Made by a program: the position numbers and the translations under genes. This document shows positions 18,597 to 24,000 of a stretch of DNA of 24,000 nt, in pieces; positions within the stretch are counted from its first letter, which is position 1; the number at the start of each line of letters is the position of its first letter. The notes below the pieces were generated by a model. It saw nothing but the letters and a program-made list of their open reading frames with translations. It ran no database searches and was not told the DNA's origin. This DNA comes from Sporomusa sp. KB1 (GTDB lineage: Bacteria > Bacillota > Negativicutes > Sporomusales > Sporomusaceae). The stretch is taken from NCBI RefSeq assembly GCF_007830295.1, contig NZ_VLKC01000002.1:3889546-3913545 (forward strand), written 5' to 3'.

Positions 18597-18699
18597 TATG
18601 GTTAGTATATGTTGGTTAGAAAAATTTTTTGTGAAGTTTAGATTAGAATTGACGTTCTCCTTTTTAAAAAGGGGTTGCATCGATTCGTCAATTAAACTC

Positions 18700-18729
18700 T
18701 TGCCAATATAAACAAACAAATACTATAAT
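18700..18729 (+). promoter_or_regulatory. Sigma-A-type promoter for the WtpA-like gene, with the shared motif in its spacer
   Basis: TTGCCA (18700-18705), an 18-nt spacer, then TATAAT (18724-18729). The spacer begins with AATATAAACAAACA (18705-18718). Confidence 0.55.
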
Positions 18730-18753
18730 AAAACCCAAAAGGGGGTATGGATA

Positions 18754-19743
18754 ATGAATCGTAATTTAATGAAACTAATGGGTCTTTTTCTCTGCGTAGT
18801 ACTCATTGGACTGGGGCAACAAAGCAGTTTTGCCGAGGAGAGCCCAAACCACCCAATTACGGAGGTTATTGTCTTTCATGCTGGCAGTTTAAGCGGACCA
18901 TTCCAGAAAGCGGCCGAAGCTTATGAAAAATCTCATCCAGATATCAAAATCACTTTAGAAGGAAGTGGCAGCCGGGAAGCCGCCCGGAAAGTAACGGAAC
19001 TGAAGAGACCATGTGACGTGGTTGCTTCTGCTGACTATGAAACTATTGATAATTTAATGATGCCTGAATATGCAAAGTTTAATATATTTTTCGCCCGTAA
19101 TAAAACAGTTGTAGCCTTTACCGACAAAAGTAAGTATGCTAATGAGATTACCAGTGATAATTGGTATGATATTTTATCAAGGCCAGATGTGCAGTATGGT
19201 CATACTGATCCGAATTTGGATCCTGGCGGCTACCGGGCAGTTCTGACATTGCAGTTAGCCGAAAAATATTATCATAAACAGGGCTTGTATCAAGCGCTGG
19301 TAAATAATTTTCATGAGTCTAACACTGTCAATGATGGAAAAAGTATCAAAGAAATGCTGAATTCAGGTCGGTTGGATTACTTCTTCTTTTATGAATCGTC
19401 AGCCAAACAAGGCGGCTATCACTATATTACCTTGCCGGTTGAACTCGATTTTTCTTCCTTGGATTATGCGAACTATTACAAGCAAGCAACACTGTCGCTT
19501 AATGGCAAAAAAACAGGCAGCACTGAACAAGTTTACGGACAACCAATAATTTATGGCCTTACTCTGGTGAATAACGCCCCACATTCCAAGGAAGCGCTGC
19601 AATTCATACACTTTCTTCTGACAGATGGACAAAAATATTTAAATGATGCAGGTTTTATTTCTATGAATCCGTTAGTTCGCACCAGGGAATTGCCTTACAT
19701 CCCGGCAGAATTAAAAGATTTAGTAAAGCCGTTCAAACAATAA
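18754..19743 (+). CDS. Periplasmic tungstate/molybdate-binding protein, WtpA/ModA superfamily (orphan; no adjacent permease or ATPase)
   Basis: RBS AAGGGGG. Sec signal peptide (MNRNLMKLMGLFLCVVLIGLGQQSSFA). VFHAGSL...GSGS...VVASADY parallels the ModA blocks VFAAASL...SSG...FISAD. The HTDPNLDPGGYR block resembles the WtpA-type oxyanion-binding motif, recalled from memory. Confidence 0.82.
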   Translation: MNRNLMKLMGLFLCVVLIGLGQQSSFAEESPNHPITEVIVFHAGSLSGPFQKAAEAYEKSHPDIKITLEGSGSREAARKVTELKRPCDVVASADYETIDNLMMPEYAKFNIFFARNKTVVAFTDKSKYANEITSDNWYDILSRPDVQYGHTDPNLDPGGYRAVLTLQLAEKYYHKQGLYQALVNNFHESNTVNDGKSIKEMLNSGRLDYFFFYESSAKQGGYHYITLPVELDFSSLDYANYYKQATLSLNGKKTGSTEQVYGQPIIYGLTLVNNAPHSKEALQFIHFLLTDGQKYLNDAGFISMNPLVRTRELPYIPAELKDLVKPFKQ

Positions 19744-19839
19744 GCAGTGATGCCGTATGGTCTATAATCACAAACATACATAAAGTCTGTATTCCTGGAT
19801 ATTTGTGATATCGATTTTCCAAAATCGGTTTGGATAATG

Positions 19840-19868
19840 AAAAAACGCTCCCCTTTCAAAGGGGAGCG
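19840..19868 (-). terminator. Terminator for the minus-strand hxlR-like gene
   Basis: CGCTCCCC-TTTCAAA-GGGGAGCG hairpin (19846-19868). The A6 run on its plus-strand 5' side becomes a U run after the hairpin on the minus strand. Confidence 0.7.
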
Positions 19869-19900
19869 AATCAATACCCGAAATACAGTGTTCTATGCTC

Positions 19901-19928
19901 GCCTAGACGTATGTCTAGGCATTTTTTT
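19901..19928 (+). terminator. Terminator for the WtpA-like gene
   Basis: GCCTAGAC-GTAT-GTCTAGGC is a perfect 8-bp stem followed by ATTTTTTT. Confidence 0.75.
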
Positions 19929-19952
19929 GTCTATGGAACTATGTATTTTTTC

Positions 19953-20420
19953 TTAGCCGTTACAGGTGCAAGCGTCACCGCAAGTACAACTGTCGCCGCA
20001 TGAACAACCGTCAGTATTTGCAATCATGCTATCATTTTTTGAAATACTTACTCCCGCTGCGGAAAGCTCTTCTTGTTTCTTCAATTTTTTATTGTAGTTG
20101 TTTATCCAGCCAAACACATCGTTCAAAATCGGTATAAAACTTTGTCCGATATCTGTTAATGAGTATTCGACTTTTGGCGGTACTTCTTTGTATATTTCTC
20201 TAAATACTATTCCGTCCCGTTCAAGTTCCCGTAACTGTTGTGTAAGTATTCCTTGTGAAATATCGGGTATTTGTTTTTGAAGTTCACTAAACCTTCTCGT
20301 TCCCTCGCTTAAACGCCAAAGAATTGTGAATTTCCATTTACCTGTGACTAACCTTTGGGCAACTGTTAGTGTTGCATTAGTCACTGGACAAAGACCTCTA
20401 AGGTTTTGTGCTTTGGTCAT
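19953..20420 (-). CDS. HxlR-family (DUF24) winged-helix transcriptional regulator with a C-terminal metallothionein-like Cys-rich tail
   Basis: Core [27 protein letters not shown]...[31 protein letters not shown].....[11 protein letters not shown] is the HxlR signature. An extra ~45 aa ends in [19 protein letters not shown], with six Cys arranged as three CxC pairs. Confidence 0.85.
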   Translation of the reverse strand: MTKAQNLRGLCPVTNATLTVAQRLVTGKWKFTILWRLSEGTRRFSELQKQIPDISQGILTQQLRELERDGIVFREIYKEVPPKVEYSLTDIGQSFIPILNDVFGWINNYNKKLKKQEELSAAGVSISKNDSMIANTDGCSCGDSCTCGDACTCNG

Positions 20421-20517
20421 TTCAAATTGCTTCCTTTCTCAATGGTACTATAAATAGTAGTATGTCATATAAAAGTGCCTACTTGTATTTTTATTTATTA
20501 TATTATACCATTTTAGC

Positions 20518-20571
20518 AAATATAAACAAACATAGACAATAATTATAAGTCGTTTATGTTTGTTTATATTT
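20518..20571. promoter_or_regulatory. Perfect 17-bp inverted repeat; candidate operator in the divergent hxlR-like / HMA promoter region
   Basis: AAATATAAACAAACATA (20518-20534), a 20-nt spacer, then TATGTTTGTTTATATTT (20555-20571), an exact reverse complement. The left arm overlaps the -35 region of a minus-strand TGgTATAAT extended -10 (20510-20502). The right arm overlaps the -35 region of a plus-strand TATAGT (20581-20586). Confidence 0.65.
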
Positions 20572-20611
20572 GTAGATATTTATAGTTTGGCACAGGGAGG
20601 AAGTGAAGCTA

Positions 20612-20821
20612 ATGACTCAAACCAATCAAATTATCCTGAGAATTGAAGGTATGTCATGCAGTATGTGCAAAGGTAAAGTGGAAAAAGCACTTAAAAGTAT
20701 TTCAGGAGTAATAAACGTAAGTGTTGATTTGGAAACAAAGGAAGCCATTATTGGTGGCTTGGCTAATCCTGCAGCGCTTGTTAAAGCTGTTGAAGAAATT
20801 GGATTTAAAGTTAAAAACTAA
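20612..20821 (+). CDS. Heavy-metal-associated (HMA) domain protein, CopZ-like metallochaperone
   Basis: 69 aa with a ferredoxin-like HMA pattern and metal-binding loop GMSCSMC (MxCxxC). No signal peptide. I prefer the ATG at 20612 (RBS AGGGAGG 11 nt upstream) to the GTG at 20603. Confidence 0.85.
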   Translation: MTQTNQIILRIEGMSCSMCKGKVEKALKSISGVINVSVDLETKEAIIGGLANPAALVKAVEEIGFKVKN

Positions 20822-20861
20822 TATGCTTCACCACTTAGCACTATTCAAGAGGAGGGGGAAA

Positions 20862-23138
20862 ATGGCGAAAAACTTAACATGGAAACCATTTTGCAGTGTT
20901 ACACTTGCTATTGCCATGTTTCTATATGGAGCAGGTATTGCCGGGGCGGAAAATGCAGTGTCGCAATCAGACAGCACTCAGGTGTCCGAAGGTGATAAAC
21001 AGCAAAAACAGGATCAGGCAGCTGATAAGCAAGAACAGCACGAAAATAGTGATAGTTCGATTGCGGCGACTTCAACTGCGGCCAATGTTCCATTTACTGA
21101 GGTGGAGATTACTGCGGTGGAGGTTACTGCGGACAAGCAGAATAAACTGGCTATTGGCCAGCAACCCAACGCCGAAGGGATAAATAATTATGTAGTTACG
21201 AAAAGTTCTACCGGCAGTAAATCAGACGTTGCAAATAAGGATTTGCCGCAGTCGATTACGGTGGTCGGCCAAAAAATCATGAAGGAGCAAAATAATAAAA
21301 CAGTCGCCGATGCATTAACTAATGTGGCGGGGGTAACGGTAGCCCAAGCAGTTCCTAATTATTGGTACAACACAAGTTTTAATATCCGAGGTTTTGGTAA
21401 TGGTTTTTTGTCTGACAATGTATTTGTTAATGGGTTATGGGATCCGTGTATTTCAATGTCGGGATGGGTGGGAAATCTTGACCGTATCGAGGTATTAAAA
21501 GGTCCGGCCTCTGTACTGTACGGAAATGGTACGCCTGGAGGTTCAATCAACTATGTAACAAAAAAACCGTTGTCTGAACAGGCATTTACCTTGGGCACGG
21601 AGTTCGGCTCATGGGGATCCAAATCGACTGATATTGATATGTCCATTCCGCTAACTGATGATAAAAAATGGCTGTCCCGGACTATTATTCAGAATGCTGA
21701 TAATCATTCTTTTCAAAAGGACGTTAAATTCAAACGTTTCGACGGCAGCGTAATTGTGCAAGGCCAACCCCGGCAAGATACTGTGTACACTTTTGAAGTA
21801 CAGTTTCATGATCACGATGGTCCAACTGTTGGATTGCTGCCACTTACCGGTACAATAAATTCCCCCTATAATCTAGTTCCTTACGATGGGAATTATTATA
21901 ATCCAAATATAAAATTACATTATATAGGGCGCAGTATTTCGGCACAAATCGATCACCAGTTTAATAGTATTTGGTCCATCCGTTCGGCCTTCCGATATAG
22001 CAATGAAACCACAAATTTCTATTCGCAAGGAGGGTCGACTCTGAATCTCGATAATCTTACAGTCAATCAAGTTTGGCAGCATAGACTGATGCGCACCAGC
22101 GTTTATGCGTGGGATACGGCAGCAAATGCCAAATTTACTGCTTGGGGGCTTAAACACGATTTGACATTTGGTTTTGACTGGGCCCAATTTGATCAAAAAA
22201 TCCCCTATTATTATCGGGGCAATTTACCCAGCGTTTCGTTGTACAATCCTATTTTCACCAGCTCATTACCAACGAGGATTATGAATCCAATGAATAACTA
22301 TCATTCTTGGAGCAATCGATATGGGAGCTACATATCGGACATAATGGAACTTTCGCCCAAATTTAAGGTTGCTACAGGGGCAAGCTTTACCACTTTGGAT
22401 GGTGTCAGCAGCCATGATTCTGGCAAAGATTGGCGGGTCGGGGCGACCTATGAATTAACTCCAGGAGTTACCTTATTTACCGGCTACTCCACATCCTACG
22501 AACCACAAGGCTCTAAGCTTAGTGGTACTAAAACGATTTACTTTGAACCTGAAACCGGTAATCAGATCGAGGGCGGTTTGAAGGTAGATATAAGTAATCG
22601 CGCAAGTGTTACGTTAGCAAATTACCGGATCAATCGTGAAGATATGGTCTACGCTATTCCCGGAACGAACCCGCAAGAATATGAACAAATTGGCAAGCAA
22701 ACCAGCAAAGGGTTCGAACTTGATGCTAGCTACGTACTTCGTCCAGGCTGGAATCTGCTGGTCGCTTATTCTCATTGTGACGCTCGCGTAGTAAAAGACG
22801 CTACCTATAGTTCAGGCAGCGTGCTTCCCAATGTGCCGCTTAACTCCTTTAAACTTTGGAGTACATACGAATTTCAAGAAGGGCCTTGTAAAGGGCTGGG
22901 TTTTGGCGGCGGTTTGACTCGTGTCGGCAGCCGCGCAGTCGATTATGATAATAGCTTAGGTTGGATGGATGGCTATACTACGATTGACGCCGAAATACAT
23001 TACAAAATCAAAGATTGGCGTTACTCCCTCAACCTATATAATTTGACTAATGAGAAGTATTGGGCGTTAGGCAGTTCTAGTGGTGTTTACGCGGGAACAC
23101 CTAGAAGTTATACTTTGCGCGTAGAAAAGTCATTTTAA
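20862..23138 (+). CDS. TonB-dependent outer-membrane receptor (siderophore/metallophore-receptor type)
   Basis: RBS GAGGAGGGGG then ATG at 20862. Signal peptide (...AIAMFLYGAGIAGA-ENA). Plug-domain motifs TKSSTGSKSDVANKDLPQSITVV, NVAGVTV, IRGF, IEVLKGPASVLYG and PGGSINYVTKKP. A beta-barrel-like repeat region follows, with the terminal aromatic ...YTLRVEKSF. The ORF-track start at 20721 overlaps the HMA gene and lacks an RBS. Confidence 0.9.
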   Translation: MAKNLTWKPFCSVTLAIAMFLYGAGIAGAENAVSQSDSTQVSEGDKQQKQDQAADKQEQHENSDSSIAATSTAANVPFTEVEITAVEVTADKQNKLAIGQQPNAEGINNYVVTKSSTGSKSDVANKDLPQSITVVGQKIMKEQNNKTVADALTNVAGVTVAQAVPNYWYNTSFNIRGFGNGFLSDNVFVNGLWDPCISMSGWVGNLDRIEVLKGPASVLYGNGTPGGSINYVTKKPLSEQAFTLGTEFGSWGSKSTDIDMSIPLTDDKKWLSRTIIQNADNHSFQKDVKFKRFDGSVIVQGQPRQDTVYTFEVQFHDHDGPTVGLLPLTGTINSPYNLVPYDGNYYNPNIKLHYIGRSISAQIDHQFNSIWSIRSAFRYSNETTNFYSQGGSTLNLDNLTVNQVWQHRLMRTSVYAWDTAANAKFTAWGLKHDLTFGFDWAQFDQKIPYYYRGNLPSVSLYNPIFTSSLPTRIMNPMNNYHSWSNRYGSYISDIMELSPKFKVATGASFTTLDGVSSHDSGKDWRVGATYELTPGVTLFTGYSTSYEPQGSKLSGTKTIYFEPETGNQIEGGLKVDISNRASVTLANYRINREDMVYAIPGTNPQEYEQIGKQTSKGFELDASYVLRPGWNLLVAYSHCDARVVKDATYSSGSVLPNVPLNSFKLWSTYEFQEGPCKGLGFGGGLTRVGSRAVDYDNSLGWMDGYTTIDAEIHYKIKDWRYSLNLYNLTNEKYWALGSSSGVYAGTPRSYTLRVEKSF
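21102..21131 (+). repeat. Tandem 15-bp duplication inside the receptor gene, encoding VEITA-VEVTA
   Basis: GTGGAGATTACTGCG (21102-21116) is followed directly by GTGGAGGTTACTGCG (21117-21131), with one mismatch. Confidence 0.8.
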
Positions 23139-23178
23139 AATGTATGATAGTTAACTATTTCGAAGGAGCAACTTAAAA

Positions 23179-24000
23179 GTGACCGCTCAATCAAAAACAT
23201 TTTATCAAGAATTGTGGCACATCGTCCGTCCCTTTTGGCGGTCGAGGGAAGGCAGGATAGCAGCGGCAATGCTGTTAGGAGTGCTAATCCTGATTATTTT
23301 TCGTCTCTATGTAAGTGTTCTGATAAATGAATGGCAAAAACTTTTCTTTAATGCCATTCATTTATTGAATGCCGCTGAGTGTATCCACCAGCTTTTCCGA
23401 TTTGCGGGCTTGTCGCTGCTGTTTTTGCCGTTGCTTGGCTGTCAGAAATATTTACGGGGGCTTGTGCAAATTCGCTGGCGGCAATGGTTATCGGAACGCT
23501 ATGCTGAGAAACTGCTGAAAAACCGGAATTATTACCGTTTACAGTATGCATCAGGCGATACTGATAATCTTGATCAGCGTATTGCTGAGGATTTGCGGAT
23601 TTTTCCCGTGGAGACCATCAACATGATTTTTGGTTTTATTGATGCGATGGGATCACTTGCGGCATTTTCTGTTATATTGTGGAATTCGCCGGGATCACCG
23701 GAGGTAGCCGGCCTGGAAATTACTGGCTTTCTATTTTGGCTGGCTTTATTCTTTTCGTTAGCCGGTACATGGGTCAATCACCTTATGGGGAAAATTCTCA
23801 GTGTTTTTAACCGGGAACAACAGAAATATGAAGCTAATTATCGGTTTTCCCTAGTCCGGCTCCGAGAAAATGCTGAGGCTATTGCCGCATACGGTGGCGA
23901 ATGCCGGGAAATGGAAGCCCTCGCTGATCGGTTTGGTAGTATCGCCGGGGTATGGCAGAATATTTTGCGCCGGAATAGGATACTGGACTGGTTTTTCAGT
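23179..24000 (+). CDS. YddA-like ABC transporter (ABC_membrane_2 / SbmA-BacA-type TMD fused to an ATPase), 3'-truncated by the window edge
   Basis: Not in the ORF track, because it starts at a GTG and has no stop within the window. GTG at 23179 has RBS GAAGGAG 10 nt upstream, and the frame stays open for 274 codons to base 24000. Blocks LINEWQKLFFNAI, IRWRQWLSERY, NYYRLQY and DNLDQRIAEDLRIF match E. coli YddA (WLNDWNNDFFNAL, IRWREWLTDYY, NYYFTQIY, DNPDQRIAEDILL), recalled from memory. Confidence 0.82.
   Translation, partial: MTAQSKTFYQELWHIVRPFWRSREGRIAAAMLLGVLILIIFRLYVSVLINEWQKLFFNAIHLLNAAECIHQLFRFAGLSLLFLPLLGCQKYLRGLVQIRWRQWLSERYAEKLLKNRNYYRLQYASGDTDNLDQRIAEDLRIFPVETINMIFGFIDAMGSLAAFSVILWNSPGSPEVAGLEITGFLFWLALFFSLAGTWVNHLMGKILSVFNREQQKYEANYRFSLVRLRENAEAIAAYGGECREMEALADRFGSIAGVWQNILRRNRILDWFFS

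Noticed and set aside
18230-18600. The long leader could be a T-box or a ribosomal-protein/amino-acid attenuator with a leader peptide.
   Set aside because: I see no T-box sequence (AGGGTGGTACCGCG-like) or specifier-loop layout, and no short leader ORF with a run of regulatory codons. The closing-helix/antiterminator competition fits a riboswitch better.
18498-18719. 73-aa minus-strand ORF in the 18.5-kb divergent intergenic region.
   Set aside because: The stretch is AT-rich with no RBS, and the ORF spans both predicted promoters and the shared motif sites. The peptide looks like translated AT-rich non-coding DNA, rich in Ile, Asn, Phe and Leu.
20535-20554. Fur/Zur-like box in the spacer of the 17-bp inverted repeat (GACAATAATTATAAGTC, core palindrome ATAATTAT).
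   Set aside because: It matches the 7-1-7 Fur consensus TGATAATNATTATCA only partially. AT-rich palindromes of this size are common in AT-rich promoters, so there is not enough to make a call.
3334-20611. Longer ORF-track start codons for murG (3334), the DUF881 gene (9119), sbp (9792), ftsZ (11521), spoIIR (15379) and the HMA gene (20603).
   Set aside because: In each case a downstream in-frame start has a properly spaced Shine-Dalgarno sequence, and the conserved protein N-terminus begins there. The upstream starts remain possible but are less likely.
20721-20861. N-terminal 47-codon extension of the TonB-receptor ORF as listed in the ORF track (start 20721).
   Set aside because: It overlaps the 3' end of the HMA gene in another frame and has no RBS. 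The ATG at 20862 has a very strong RBS and is immediately followed by a typical signal peptide.
20896-22196. ORFs 20896-21183 (+), 20908-21093 (-), 21359-21550 (-) and 21915-22196 (-) inside the receptor gene.
   Set aside because: They are alternative-frame or antisense ORFs within a well-supported 758-aa receptor gene. They show no RBS and no motifs.
23348-23777. Two 67-aa minus-strand ORFs (23348-23551 and 23574-23777).
   Set aside because: They are antisense to a 274-codon open frame (from the GTG at 23179) whose product matches YddA-type ABC transporters block by block. The plus-strand gene explains the region.
1-24000. Looked for CRISPR arrays, rRNA or tRNA genes, IS elements, transposases, integrases and long terminal inverted repeats.
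   Set aside because: I saw no regularly spaced direct repeats, no tRNA cloverleaf-like or rRNA-like conserved segments, and no transposase or integrase-like ORFs. The only repeats found are the 17-bp inverted repeat, its dispersed core copies, and the 15-bp tandem duplication.

Overview
The window looks like chromosomal DNA from an endospore-forming, outer-membrane-bearing Firmicute (Negativicutes-like). That is an inference from gene content; no taxon can be proven from this sequence. Positions 1-16011 (+ strand) hold the distal half of a division/cell-wall (dcw) cluster: mraY (5' truncated), murD, spoVE/ftsW, murG, murC, murA, ddl, ftsQ/divIB, a DUF881 gene, sbp, ftsA and ftsZ. It runs directly into the early sporulation module spoIIGA-sigE-sigG-spoIIR. 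Positions 16.1-24.0 kb form an accessory-looking region. It contains a minus-strand two-gene operon of unknown function (119 aa and 556 aa; the larger has a coiled coil and a DUF2325-like C-terminus). That operon is preceded by a ~330-nt leader with riboswitch-like architecture: a closing helix, a terminator and a competing antiterminator. The region also holds a divergent orphan WtpA/ModA-type tungstate/molybdate-binding protein and an HxlR-family regulator with a metallothionein-like Cys-rich tail. Divergent from the regulator is an operon encoding an HMA (CopZ-like) protein, a TonB-dependent receptor and a YddA-type ABC transporter that runs off the 3' edge. A perfect 17-bp inverted repeat lies between the regulator and the HMA operon. 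Its core, ATAAACAAACA, recurs at both promoters of the 18.5-kb divergent region, which suggests one regulon. I recognised no rRNA, tRNA, CRISPR array, transposase or integrase. All protein calls rest on my recognition of conserved motifs in the supplied translations, not on database searches.
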